From: a virus
Length of the DNA stretch: 39,269 nucleotides
Strand: one strand, 5' to 3'
UHGV virus genome: UHGV-0135878
The notes under the pieces were generated by a model. That model ran no database searches and was not told the origin of the DNA. It worked only from the letters and a program-made list of their open reading frames with translations. The position numbers and the translations under genes are program-made. Below, piece after piece: positions 18,826-28,224 of the stretch (its first letter is position 1; each line of letters starts with the position of its first letter).

Positions 18826-19290
18826 ATGAAGTTTGTTGCGCCAGAACAGGCACCGGAACAGGCGGAAATCATCAGAAATACGCCGTTCTGGCCTGATGTG
18901 GACTTGTCGGAGTTTCGCAGTGTCATGCGCACTGACGGCACGGTGACGCAGCTGCGTTTAAAGCAGGTTGCGCTGTCGGCAATTTCGGAGGTCAACGCAG
19001 AGCTGTATGAGTTTCGCAGACGCCAGCAGATGCTGGGATATGCCTCGCTGGCAGAGGTTCCGGCAGAACATCTGGACGGGAAAAGTGAGCGCATTCAGCA
19101 CTATTTCAACGCGGTTTACTGCTGGGCCCGCGCCATGCTCAACGAACGATACCAGGACTATGACGCCACGGCGTCTGGTGTGAAGCGAGGCGAGGAACTG
19201 GCGGAAGCCAGCGGTGATTTATGGCGTGACGCCCGCTGGGCCATCAGCCGGGTACAGGACGCGCCGCACTGCACAGTGGAGCTTATCTGA
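18826..19290 (+). CDS. L: Head completion/stabilisation protein (P2 gpL family)
   Basis: 154 aa from ATG at 18826 with RBS CAGGAGAAAG (track start 18763 upstream). Confidence 0.8.
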   Translation: MKFVAPEQAPEQAEIIRNTPFWPDVDLSEFRSVMRTDGTVTQLRLKQVALSAISEVNAELYEFRRRQQMLGYASLAEVPAEHLDGKSERIQHYFNAVYCWARAMLNERYQDYDATASGVKRGEELAEASGDLWRDARWAISRVQDAPHCTVELI

Positions 19291-19493
19291 TGAAAGTGCG
19301 TGCGCATCAGTATGACACGGTGGACGCGCTTTGCTGGCGTCATTACGGGCGCACGCAGGGTGTCACGGAGCAGGTACTGAAGGCAAATCCGGGGCTTGCC
19401 GAATACGGCCCCTTTTTACCTCACGGGCTGCAGGTGGAGCTGCCGGACATTCCGACCACCACCACCGTGCAGACCGTCCAGCTATGGGACTGA
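19290..19493 (+). CDS. X: Tail protein X (P2 gpX family)
   Basis: 67 aa, same size as P2 X; ATGA overlap with L. Confidence 0.8.
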   Translation: MKVRAHQYDTVDALCWRHYGRTQGVTEQVLKANPGLAEYGPFLPHGLQVELPDIPTTTTVQTVQLWD

Positions 19494-19496
19494 ATT

Positions 19497-19712
19497 ATGA
19501 CGCTTGAGCGAATCAGCGCCTTTATCACGTATTGCATCGCCGTCGTGCTGGCCTGGCTGGGCGATTTGTCCATCAAGGATGCCTCAACGCTGGGCGGCCT
19601 GATGATCGGTGTGCTGATGCTGGCTATCAACTGGTACTACAAACACAAAGCCTACCAGCTTCTGCGCGACGGGCAGATCACGCGGGAGGACTATGAATCC
19701 ATCAATCGTTAA
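19497..19712 (+). CDS. Holin
   Basis: 71 aa with hydrophobic helices, directly upstream of endolysin. Confidence 0.75.
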   Translation: MTLERISAFITYCIAVVLAWLGDLSIKDASTLGGLMIGVLMLAINWYYKHKAYQLLRDGQITREDYESINR

Positions 19713-20205
19713 ACGCTGCCTTGTCGGGACCGTGCTGGCTATTGCTGCCACGCTGCCGGGTTTTCAGCAGCTTCACACCTCCGTGGAGGGGCTGAAACTG
19801 ATTGCCGATTACGAAGGCTGTCGTCTGCAGCCGTATCAGTGCAGCGCGGGTGTCTGGACCGACGGCATTGGTAATACGTCGGGCGTCATTCCCGGCAAAA
19901 CCATTACGGAGCGACAGGCAGCAGAAGGGCTTATCTCCAACGTGCTGCGTGTGGAGCGGGCGCTGGAAAGGTGTGTGAAGCAACAGCCGCCGCAGAAGGT
20001 GTATGACGCTGCGGTGTCGTTTGCCTTCAACGTGGGAACGGGCAATGCCTGCAGTTCCACGCTGGTGAAATTACTCAATCAGCGGCGCTGGGCGGATGCA
20101 TGCCGACAGTTGCCGCGCTGGGTTTATGTAAAAGGTGTGTTTAATCAGGGGCTGGGTAACCGCCGTGCGCGGGAGATGGCCTGGTGTTTACAGGGAGCAA
20201 ACTGA
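19693..20205 (+). CDS. Endolysin (T4-lysozyme-like muramidase with N-terminal signal-anchor-release segment)
   Basis: 170 aa; LKLIADYEGCRLQPYQCSAGVWTDGIGNT matches the P1 Lyz-type catalytic core as remembered; hydrophobic N-terminus. Confidence 0.85.
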   Translation: MNPSIVKRCLVGTVLAIAATLPGFQQLHTSVEGLKLIADYEGCRLQPYQCSAGVWTDGIGNTSGVIPGKTITERQAAEGLISNVLRVERALERCVKQQPPQKVYDAAVSFAFNVGTGNACSSTLVKLLNQRRWADACRQLPRWVYVKGVFNQGLGNRRAREMAWCLQGAN

Positions 20206-20206
20206 A

Positions 20207-20584
20207 ATGAAGAAGAAATTAATCAGCGGGCTGTTTCTGATGTTATGGATGGCGCTGTTAATCGCAGCAATGGTGTATCCGCAGGGGATTTTTCCGGTAC
20301 TGGCAGCGTCCGGTGTCTGGGTAGCCTGTCTGCTGACATGGGTGGCAATTCCGGTAGCACTGGTTGCGTTAATTAAGAACGGCCCGCTCTGGCAGGAGTT
20401 GAGGGCATCTTTGCTGAAGAGCATTACCCGAAAAGAAAACGTATTTATCAGCTGGGTTATGCGATTGCTGATTGTCGTAAGTCTCGCCTGGACGGGGTGG
20501 GCCATTACCCTGGTCTTTTATCTGCTGACCGTTATTGCCTTCTGGATCACCCGTAACCAGATGGCGCAACAGGTAGCCGCATGA
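20207..20584 (+). CDS. LysA-like lysis timing membrane protein
   Basis: 125 aa from ATG at 20207 (RBS GGGAG), multiple TM segments, position as P2 lysA. Confidence 0.6.
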   Translation: MKKKLISGLFLMLWMALLIAAMVYPQGIFPVLAASGVWVACLLTWVAIPVALVALIKNGPLWQELRASLLKSITRKENVFISWVMRLLIVVSLAWTGWAITLVFYLLTVIAFWITRNQMAQQVAA

Positions 20585-21009
20585 ACCGGTTGCTGCTGGT
20601 TGTGCTGGCGTTATTACTGGTAGCGCTGGGCTGGCAGACATGGCGGCTGGCTGATGCCAGCCAGACCATCAGCACGCAGGCAGACGAACTGCAGAGCAAA
20701 AGCCAGGCGCTGGCAAAGAGCAACAGCCAGCTTATCAGCCTGTCCATTCTGACTGAAACCAATAACCGGGAGCAGGCGCGGCTCTATGCCGAAGCAGAAC
20801 AGACCAGTGCACTGCTGAGACAACGACAACGCCGGATTGAGGAACTGAAACGTGAGAACGAGGATTTACGCCGCTGGGCTGATACTCCTTTGCCTGCTGA
20901 CATTATCCGGCTGCGGAAACGTCCGGCATTCACCGGAGGTACAGCTTACCGTCAGTGGTTGTCCGCGGGTGACGCCGTGTCAGCTGGATCAGGCAGCGCC
21001 GCGCACTAA
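20581..21009 (+). CDS. i-spanin (Rz/LysB-like)
   Basis: 142 aa, N-terminal TM anchor then coiled-coil-like region. Confidence 0.7.
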   Translation: MNRLLLVVLALLLVALGWQTWRLADASQTISTQADELQSKSQALAKSNSQLISLSILTETNNREQARLYAEAEQTSALLRQRQRRIEELKRENEDLRRWADTPLPADIIRLRKRPAFTGGTAYRQWLSAGDAVSAGSGSAAH

Positions 21010-21142
21010 CGGTGATCTGAACGCGTTGCTGGATGAAACGGAGGCCGCCTGGGCGGTCTGTGCAGACAAAGTGGACATGATTATTGCATGTCAGGAGCGA
21101 AACAGTGAACAAACCACAATCCCTGCGCCACGCCCTCAATAA
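20852..21142 (+). CDS. o-spanin lipoprotein (Rz1/LysC-like), embedded in +1 frame of the i-spanin gene
   Basis: 96 aa, GTG start, signal peptide with lipobox LSGC. Confidence 0.6.
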   Translation: MRTRIYAAGLILLCLLTLSGCGNVRHSPEVQLTVSGCPRVTPCQLDQAAPRTNGDLNALLDETEAAWAVCADKVDMIIACQERNSEQTTIPAPRPQ

Positions 21143-21536
21143 AGCAGTGCCTTATGTCCATAATAACCCGGACAAACTGCATCTGTTTGTGGATAACGGT
21201 TCGCTGGTTGCCACGGGGGCCAGCTCCATGTCATGGGAGTACCGTTACACCCTGAACGTGGTGATTGAGGATTTCAGCGGCGACCAGAATCTGCTGATGG
21301 CCCCGGTTTTGCTGTGGCTGCGGGATAACCAGCCCGATGCCATCAATAACCCGGCGTTACGGGAAAAGGTATTTACCTTTGAGGTGGATATTTTACGCAA
21401 CGATGTCTGTGATATCAGCCTTAACCTGCAACTGACGGAGCGTGTGCTGGTCAGCACTGACGGCAGTGTGTCGAGTGTTGAAGCTGTAGCGGAACCCGAT
21501 GAACCTGAAGAAATGTGGACGGTGAAACGTGGCTGA
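21105..21536 (+). CDS. R: Tail completion protein (P2 gpR family)
   Basis: GTG at 21105 preceded by RBS CAGGAGCG (track start 21084 is TTG); position as P2 R. Confidence 0.8.
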   Translation: MNKPQSLRHALNKAVPYVHNNPDKLHLFVDNGSLVATGASSMSWEYRYTLNVVIEDFSGDQNLLMAPVLLWLRDNQPDAINNPALREKVFTFEVDILRNDVCDISLNLQLTERVLVSTDGSVSSVEAVAEPDEPEEMWTVKRG

Positions 21537-21975
21537 ACTGCAGAAGGTGGACGACTGGCTGAGTGCTTTGCTGGCGAATCTGGAACCAGCCGCAAGAAGC
21601 CGCATGATGCGCCAGCTGGCGCAGGAACTGCGCCGGACACAGCAGCAGAATATCAGGATGCAGCGCAACCCTGATGGCAGCAGCTATGAACCTCGACGGG
21701 TAACAGCACGCAGTAAAAAGGGGTGCATCAAACGTCAGATGTTTGCAAAGCTGCGCACCACAAAATACCTGAAAACTGCCGCCAACGCCGACTCTGTCAG
21801 TGTGCAGTTTGAAGATAAGGTGCAGCGCATTGCCCGCGTTCACCATTATGGCCTGCGTGATCGAGTTAGATATAAGGGGCCAGAAATACGTTATACAGAG
21901 CGACGTCTATTAGGCTTCTGCACTGAGAGTAACGATGCTATTAGTATAATTTTACTTCGTTATCTAACTAGTTGA
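21529..21975 (+). CDS. S: Tail completion protein (P2 gpS family)
   Basis: 148 aa from GTG at 21529; last ~100 nt become abruptly AT-rich at the boundary with the SIR2 cargo gene. Confidence 0.8.
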   Translation: MAELQKVDDWLSALLANLEPAARSRMMRQLAQELRRTQQQNIRMQRNPDGSSYEPRRVTARSKKGCIKRQMFAKLRTTKYLKTAANADSVSVQFEDKVQRIARVHHYGLRDRVRYKGPEIRYTERRLLGFCTESNDAISIILLRYLTS

Positions 21976-22047
21976 TATGTCTTGTTTTTTGTGGGTTTTT
22001 ATAACATCATATTGGCTCTGTTATAAATAGTATGGAGAGTTTGATTG

Positions 22048-23253
22048 ATGAAAAAAAATAACGATATCAATAAACAAGTAAAATCAGAAACAGAAAATAA
22101 TTCATCTGCAAATATGAATGGAAGTGGCTCGGATGAAATCCTTTCTAAGAGCACCTCTGGTACGGTGGTATGGGGAGATAACAGTTTTGGAAGTATTTCT
22201 AAATATATTAATGAGGTACTCGGTAAGAATTTATATTTAGATATAATTAAATCTCTTGATGCTAAGTTGAAAGCACCAGTTCAAGCTAATAGAACTACTA
22301 TATTAAAGAACCTGAAGGGTAATTTCAAAGAGGAAAATCTTGTGCTTGTATTAGGCGCTGGAATTTCTTTGGATTATAAAATACCTACATGGGATGAATT
22401 ATTAAGGAGGTTGCTTGCTAGAGCGTTACAAGATACTAATGAAAATCAGCAAGTTGTTGCGACATTATTTAATCAGGTGTTCGGGCCAAATGCTTTGATT
22501 GCGGCTAGATATTTAAAGTTACATTTTGAAAGTGCTAACACTCCTCTTGAGAAAGAAATTCAGAAAGTGTTATATCAATTTTATGATAGCACCGAGAGTC
22601 AAACGCTTAAGGCGATAAAGAAATTATGTATTTCTGCGGGGAAGGCTCCGGGGTTAGATTCTGTCATAACATATAATTATGACGACATACTAGAGCAAAC
22701 ATTACAAAACGCAGATGTTGGTATTAAATTTAAGGTTATATATAAAACTGGGCAGCATGCAAAAAAAGATGAGTTGCCAATATATCATGTTCATGGATAT
22801 CTTCCCTTAAATGGTAAGATTGATAGTGATGACAGCCTAGTTTTATCGGATGAAAGTTATCATCGGCAATATATGGATTTATATCACTGGAGTAATATGG
22901 TTCAGTTGAATAAATTCAAAGACAATAATTGTTTGTTTATAGGACATTCCTTTACTGATCCAAATTTAAGACGTCTGCTTGATGCTGCTAAAAAGTTAAG
23001 GGGTAATGATTCTAAACCTCATTACTTAATAAAATGTCGACACTCAAAAGATGATGTTATAAATAAAATTCTAAAAGGTTCACGTCAAGATTTGAATGAC
23101 GGGCTAGTCGACGATATAGACAATGTTGCCCGTTCTTTATTAGATACTGTACATAAATTTGAAGAAATTGATGCTAACTCTTTTGGTGTTAATGTTATAT
23201 GGATTGATAATTTTACTGAAATAGGCCCCATAGTAACTGATTTAACTCAATAA
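22048..23253 (+). CDS. SIR2-like (ThsA-type) NAD-binding domain protein, standalone, 401 aa
   Basis: ATG at 22048 with RBS GGAGAG; SIR2 motifs VLVLGAGISLDYKIPTWDELL, ITYNYDD, IYHVHGY, CLFIGHSFTDPNL; very AT-rich; inserted between S and V. Confidence 0.75.
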   Translation: MKKNNDINKQVKSETENNSSANMNGSGSDEILSKSTSGTVVWGDNSFGSISKYINEVLGKNLYLDIIKSLDAKLKAPVQANRTTILKNLKGNFKEENLVLVLGAGISLDYKIPTWDELLRRLLARALQDTNENQQVVATLFNQVFGPNALIAARYLKLHFESANTPLEKEIQKVLYQFYDSTESQTLKAIKKLCISAGKAPGLDSVITYNYDDILEQTLQNADVGIKFKVIYKTGQHAKKDELPIYHVHGYLPLNGKIDSDDSLVLSDESYHRQYMDLYHWSNMVQLNKFKDNNCLFIGHSFTDPNLRRLLDAAKKLRGNDSKPHYLIKCRHSKDDVINKILKGSRQDLNDGLVDDIDNVARSLLDTVHKFEEIDANSFGVNVIWIDNFTEIGPIVTDLTQ

Positions 23254-23266
23254 ATCTTGTTTTAGT

Positions 23267-23284
23267 TGTGCCGGCAATGGCACA
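23267..23284. promoter_or_regulatory. TGT-N12-ACA dyad, candidate Ogr-type late-activator site for the V operon
   Basis: tgtgccggcaatggcaca inside an 8-bp inverted repeat (23265-23286), about 56 nt upstream of V ATG. Confidence 0.35.
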
Positions 23285-23331
23285 ACTGTCTTAAGTTATT
23301 TTCCTAATAATATTTTTGTAAGTTGTGTGCC

Positions 23332-23910
23332 ATGAACGCACAACTTACAGAAATCATGCGCCTTATCACCAACCTGATCCGCACTGGTGTAGTCACCGAA
23401 GTGGACCGGGAAAACTGGCTTTGTCGGGTGAAAACGGGCGACCTTGAAACCAACTGGATTAACTGGCTGACGCTGCGCGCGGGTAATGCCCGCACATGGT
23501 GGAAACCATCGGAAGGTGAGCAGGTGGTGCTGCTGAGTCTGGGCGGCAATCTGGAGACCGCCTTTGCGCTGCCCGCTGTCTATTCGAATCAGTTCGCACC
23601 ACCGTCGACGTCGGCGGACGCCTGCGTGACAGAACATCCTGACGGTGGCTGGTTTGAATACGAACCCGCCACCGGGCGCTGGTATGTCAGGGGCATCAAA
23701 TCAATGGTCATTGAGGCCGCTGACAAAATCACCATGAAAACCAGTGAGTTTGTACTGGAGGCTGACCGCACGCGCATTAACAGTGAAGTGGTGATCAATG
23801 GTGGCGTTACCCAGGGCGGCGGTGCAATGAGTTCTAACGGAATTGTGGTTGATGCACATCAGCATACTGGCGTCCTGAAAGGCGGCGACACAACCGGAGG
23901 CCCGGTATGA
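23332..23910 (+). CDS. V: Baseplate spike/assembly protein (P2 gpV family)
   Basis: ATG at 23332 (track start 23323 is TTG); position and size as P2 V. Confidence 0.85.
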   Translation: MNAQLTEIMRLITNLIRTGVVTEVDRENWLCRVKTGDLETNWINWLTLRAGNARTWWKPSEGEQVVLLSLGGNLETAFALPAVYSNQFAPPSTSADACVTEHPDGGWFEYEPATGRWYVRGIKSMVIEAADKITMKTSEFVLEADRTRINSEVVINGGVTQGGGAMSSNGIVVDAHQHTGVLKGGDTTGGPV

Positions 23911-24266
23911 CGCTTTATAGCGGGATGAACAATACCAGCGGTAAAGCCATTACTGATATTGACCATCTGCGCCAGTCGGTGCGGGACATTCTGCTGACAC
24001 CGCAGGGTAGCCGTATTGCCCGTCGTGAATATGGTTCCCTGCTGTCGGCACTGGTAGACCAGCCACAAAATCCGGCATTACGTCTGCAGGTCATGTCGGC
24101 AGTGTATGTGGCGCTGAGTCGCTGGGAGCCACGGCTGACGCTGGATTCCATCACCATCAACAGCAACTTTGACGGTTCTATGGTGGTGGAGCTGACCGGG
24201 CGGCGGAATAACGGTGTGCCTGTGTCCCTTTCCGTATCAACAGGAGCAGAGAATGGCAGTGATTGA
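23907..24266 (+). CDS. W: Baseplate protein (P2 gpW family)
   Basis: 119 aa, ATGA overlap with V. Confidence 0.85.
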   Translation: MTLYSGMNNTSGKAITDIDHLRQSVRDILLTPQGSRIARREYGSLLSALVDQPQNPALRLQVMSAVYVALSRWEPRLTLDSITINSNFDGSMVVELTGRRNNGVPVSLSVSTGAENGSD

Positions 24267-25161
24267 CCTTTCGCAGTTGCCTGCACCGCAGATTGTGGAT
24301 GTGCCGGACTTTGAGATGCTGCTTGCCGAACGCAAGGCAGAATTTGTGGCGCTTCATCCGAAAGATGAGCAGGAAGCAGTGATCCGCACGCTGGAACTGG
24401 AATCTGAACCCGTCACCAAATTGTTGCAGGAGAACGCTTATCGTGAGTTGCTTCTGCGCCAGCGCATTAACGAAGCCGCGCAGGCGGTGATGGCGGCTTA
24501 TGCCATAGGGAGCGATCTGGACCAGCTCGCTGCCAATTACAACGTGAAACGCCTGACGGTGACGCCTGCTGATGATGACGCTGTGCCGCCCGTTGCAGCT
24601 GTGATGGAAAGCGATGAAGCGTTACGCCTGCGTGTGCCTGCAGCCTTTGAGGGGCTTTCAGTTGCGGGGCCAACTGCAGCTTATGAATTTCATGCCCGAA
24701 GCGCCGACGGTCGGGTGGCGGATGCCAGTGCAACCAGTCCGGCACCTGCAGAGGTGGTGCTGACTGTCCTTAGTCGCGAAGGCGATGGAACAGCAGAAAA
24801 AGACTTGCTGGATGTGGTGGAGAAAGCCCTGAACAGTGAGAACGTCCGCCCGGTGGCTGACCGTCTGACGGTTCGCAGCGCAGAAATCATCCCGTACCGC
24901 GTGGAAGCCACCATTTTTCTCTATCCGGGACCGGAAGCCGAGCCGGTAATGGCAGCGGCAAAAGCCAGCCTGCAGAAGTACATCGCCAGTCAGACGCGGC
25001 TTGGTCGGGATATTCGCCGTAGCGCCATTTTTGCCGCCCTGCATGTTGAGGGTGTGCAGCGTGTGGAGCTGGCTTCGCCGTTGGCGGATGTGATCCTGAA
25101 CAAAACGCAGGCGGCATCATGTACGCAGTGGAGCGTAACCAACGGAGGAACGGATGAATAG
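24253..25161 (+). CDS. J: Baseplate protein (P2 gpJ family)
   Basis: 302 aa from ATG at 24253 with RBS CAGGAGCAGAG. Confidence 0.9.
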   Translation: MAVIDLSQLPAPQIVDVPDFEMLLAERKAEFVALHPKDEQEAVIRTLELESEPVTKLLQENAYRELLLRQRINEAAQAVMAAYAIGSDLDQLAANYNVKRLTVTPADDDAVPPVAAVMESDEALRLRVPAAFEGLSVAGPTAAYEFHARSADGRVADASATSPAPAEVVLTVLSREGDGTAEKDLLDVVEKALNSENVRPVADRLTVRSAEIIPYRVEATIFLYPGPEAEPVMAAAKASLQKYIASQTRLGRDIRRSAIFAALHVEGVQRVELASPLADVILNKTQAASCTQWSVTNGGTDE

Positions 25162-25759
25162 TCTGCTGCCACCGGGTTCAACGCCACTGGAGCGCCGACT
25201 GGCGCAAGCGTGTAGCGGGATTTCTGATCTGCAGGTGCCGCTGCGTGACTTGTGGAATCCGGCAACCTGTCCGGTCAGTTTCCTGCCTTATCTCGCCTGG
25301 GCGTTCTCTGTGGATCGCTGGGATGAGGGCTGGACAGAAAGCGTCAAACGCCAGGTGGTGAAGGATGCTTTTTATATTCATCAGCATAAAGGAACCACCA
25401 GTGCCGTGCGGCGGGTGGTGGAGCCGTTCGGCTTTCTGATCCGCATTATTGAGTGGTGGCAGACCGGAGAGACACCGGGCACGTTTCGCCTGGATATCGG
25501 CGTGCAGGACCAGGGCATCACTGAAGATACCTATCTGGAACTTGAGCGACTGATAAGCGATGCCAAACCATGTAGCCGTCACATGATCGGCATGTCCATC
25601 AATCTGCAGACCAGCGGCCCGCATTGGGTGGGAGCCGCCAGCTATCTTGGCGAAGAAATCACGATCTATCCGTATATCAACGAAACAATTATTTCCGGCG
25701 GCACCGCGCATGAAGGCGGGGCGGTCCATGTTATTGACACAATGAGAGTGAATCCATGA
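25154..25759 (+). CDS. I: Baseplate/tail protein (P2 gpI family)
   Basis: 201 aa, between J and tail fibre. Confidence 0.85.
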   Translation: MNSLLPPGSTPLERRLAQACSGISDLQVPLRDLWNPATCPVSFLPYLAWAFSVDRWDEGWTESVKRQVVKDAFYIHQHKGTTSAVRRVVEPFGFLIRIIEWWQTGETPGTFRLDIGVQDQGITEDTYLELERLISDAKPCSRHMIGMSINLQTSGPHWVGAASYLGEEITIYPYINETIISGGTAHEGGAVHVIDTMRVNP

Positions 25760-27390
25760 GCACAAAATTTTATACCCTGCTGACGGATATTGGCGCGGCG
25801 AAACTTGCCAGCGCCACCGCGCTCGGTGTGCCGCTAAAAATTACCCATATGGCGGTGGGCGATGGCGGCGGAACATTGCCAACGCCGGACGCAAAGCAGA
25901 CTGCACTGGTAAATGAGAAACGCCGGGCTGCGTTGAATATGCTCTATATCGACCCGCAGAACAGCAGCCAGATTATTGCTGAACAGGTGATCCCTGAAAA
26001 CGAGGGCGGTTGGTGGATACGTGAAGTGGGCCTGTTTGATGAATCAGGTGCATTGATTGCCGTGGGCAACTGCCCGGAAAGCTACAAGCCGCAACTGGCT
26101 GAAGGCAGCGGGCGTACCCAGACCGTGCGCATGGTGCTGATTACCAGCAGCACGGACAATATCACCCTGAAAATCGACCCTGCTGTAGTGCTGGCAACCC
26201 GCAAGTATGTGGATGACAAGGCACTGGAGCTGAAGGTGTACGTGGATGACCTGATGGCAAAACATCTTGCCGCGCCGGACCCGCATTCACAGTATGCACC
26301 CAAAGAAAGTCCAACGTTTACCGGAACCCCCAAAGCGCCAACGCCAGCGGCGGGGAATAATACCACGCAGCTTGCGACCACCGCATTTGTTCAGGCGGCA
26401 CTGACGGCTCTTATTAATGGTGCGCCAGCCACGCTGGACACGCTGAAAGAAATAGCCGTAGCCATTAACAATGATCCGAAATTCAGTACCACCATTAACA
26501 ATGCGCTGGCACTGAAAGCGCCGCTGTCGAGTCCGGCACTCACTGGAACGCCAACAGCCCCCACTGCGGCGCAGTCGGTCAATAATACACAGATTGCCAC
26601 TACGGCTTTTGTGAAATCAGCGATTGCAGGAATAGTGGGTTCTGCACCTGCGGCACTGGATACACTGAACGAACTGGCGGCGGCACTGGGGAATGACCCG
26701 AACTTTGCCACGACAATGCTTAATGCACTGGCAGGTAAACAACCGCTGGACAATACGCTGACTAATTTGAGTGGAAAGGATGTAGCTGGTCTTCTCACAT
26801 ACCTTGGTTTGGGAGAAGGCTCTGCATTACCTGTTGGTGTCCCTGTTCCGTGGCCTTCAGCCACTCCGCCAACAGGCTGGCTGAAATGCAATGGTGCGGC
26901 TTTTTCTGCTGAAGAATACCCGGAACTGGCAAAGGCTTACCCGACAAATAAATTGCCAGATTTACGTGGTGAGTTTATTCGTGGCTGGGATGACGGGCGA
27001 GGGATTGATGAGGGGCGCATACTTCTCAGTTGTCAGAGTTTTGCTTTCCAGGACCATGCGCACGCTCTGCCAACCGGAGTGGGTAATCCGTCAGACCAGA
27101 TGGAAAGCGATATCTATGCGGTTTTCAACGATGTACCAGAAATACCCAGTGCGGCCCTGAGTCCATCGTCGTCAGGAACATCATGGGACGCAACCAGTAG
27201 GGCAGACAAGGTAATCCTTTATCGCAAGGACCTTTCACCAACAGGTAATAACAACGCAATAGCGACCGGATTACCACCATTCAGGACTTACAGGGCATCG
27301 ACCTCAGACGGTGTTACTCATCCGTCCGTGTACGCATCTGAAACCCGTCCGCGCAACATTGCATTTAACTACATCGTGAGGGCTGCATAA
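25756..27390 (+). CDS. H: Tail fibre protein (P2 gpH family), current orientation of variable C-terminus
   Basis: 544 aa; N-terminal constant part; crossover site inside the gene at codons YLGLGE (26800-26817). Confidence 0.9.
   Translation: MSTKFYTLLTDIGAAKLASATALGVPLKITHMAVGDGGGTLPTPDAKQTALVNEKRRAALNMLYIDPQNSSQIIAEQVIPENEGGWWIREVGLFDESGALIAVGNCPESYKPQLAEGSGRTQTVRMVLITSSTDNITLKIDPAVVLATRKYVDDKALELKVYVDDLMAKHLAAPDPHSQYAPKESPTFTGTPKAPTPAAGNNTTQLATTAFVQAALTALINGAPATLDTLKEIAVAINNDPKFSTTINNALALKAPLSSPALTGTPTAPTAAQSVNNTQIATTAFVKSAIAGIVGSAPAALDTLNELAAALGNDPNFATTMLNALAGKQPLDNTLTNLSGKDVAGLLTYLGLGEGSALPVGVPVPWPSATPPTGWLKCNGAAFSAEEYPELAKAYPTNKLPDLRGEFIRGWDDGRGIDEGRILLSCQSFAFQDHAHALPTGVGNPSDQMESDIYAVFNDVPEIPSAALSPSSSGTSWDATSRADKVILYRKDLSPTGNNNAIATGLPPFRTYRASTSDGVTHPSVYASETRPRNIAFNYIVRAA
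26792..26817. other. Invertase crossover site (gix/hix-like, left): TTCTCACATACC TT GGTTTGGGAGAA
   Basis: Two 12-bp half-sites fitting TTnTCnnAAACC around a 2-bp centre; inverted copy at 28478-28503; lies in-frame inside H. Confidence 0.6.
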
Positions 27391-27995
27391 TGGCGAAAGC
27401 AAAATTAAACAGTGCGTTTATTGCCACCGTGGCAGGAGAAATCACTGTGTACAACTACCGGGGCGACACCCGCGAATACATATCCTCATCGGTTGAGTAT
27501 CTGCCTGTGGGGGTGGGTATTCCTGCCAATTCCTGTACCGATGCGCCCGGCACACATAAGGCTGGTTATGCAATCTGCCGTTCTGCAGATTTTAACTCAT
27601 GGGAATATGTGTCAGACCATCGCGGTGAAATTGTCTATGGCATCGAAACGGGGGAATCAAAAGAAATTACTGTGCCGGGGGATTACCCTGAAAATACGAC
27701 CACTTTTGCCCCATTAACGCCATACGATAAATGGGATGGTGAGAAATGGGTAACAGATACCGAGGCACAGCATAGCGCCGCAGTAGATGCAGCAGAAGTA
27801 CAGCGCCAGTCTCTGATTGATGCTGCTATGGCTTCCATCAGTCTGATTCAGCTGAAATTGCAGGCCGGACGTAAACTGACGCAGGCAGAAACAACCCGCC
27901 TTAACGCTGTGCTGGATTACATTGACGCGGTGACGGCAATAGATACCAGCACCGCGCCTGATATTATTTGGCCTGTATTCCCTGAGACTGATTAA
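27390..27995 (+). CDS. G: Tail fibre assembly chaperone (P2 gpG family)
   Basis: 201 aa, TAATG overlap with H; C-terminal DTSTAPDIIWP motif typical of Tfa proteins. Confidence 0.85.
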   Translation: MAKAKLNSAFIATVAGEITVYNYRGDTREYISSSVEYLPVGVGIPANSCTDAPGTHKAGYAICRSADFNSWEYVSDHRGEIVYGIETGESKEITVPGDYPENTTTFAPLTPYDKWDGEKWVTDTEAQHSAAVDAAEVQRQSLIDAAMASISLIQLKLQAGRKLTQAETTRLNAVLDYIDAVTAIDTSTAPDIIWPVFPETD

Positions 27996-28224
27996 CCTCA
28001 ATCAGTATTGGTTCGCCTTTCTCATTAATTGTTAGCTCCATGCCCTGAGGAATTTCTGTCATAGTAAAAAACCAGTTGTCCTCCGGTAATTCAATAGCCC
28101 CGGTCACGTCATGAAGACCGGGGATTACTTCAGTCAAAGTAACTGGATTAAACAGGCGCACAATAAACCCTCCATGAAAAAGCATTTGATGATGGTCTGC
28201 CGTCGTACATCTGGCAGCGGGCAT
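27964..28224 (-). CDS. Small ORF in reverse cassette, possible alternative fibre chaperone (start uncertain; GTG at 28161 has RBS GGAGGG)
   Basis: Follows the alternative fibre cassette on the minus strand; no Tfa signature recognised; overlaps G tail-to-tail by 32 nt. Confidence 0.3.
   Translation of the reverse strand: MPAARCTTADHHQMLFHGGFIVRLFNPVTLTEVIPGLHDVTGAIELPEDNWFFTMTEIPQGMELTINEKGEPILIEVNQSQGIQAK

Noticed and set aside
23265-23286. Hairpin after the SIR2 gene read as a simple rho-independent terminator
   Set aside because: Downstream T-run is weak, and the dyad exactly contains TGT-N12-ACA at the expected distance upstream of V, so it is better explained as the late-activator binding site, possibly with a secondary terminator role.
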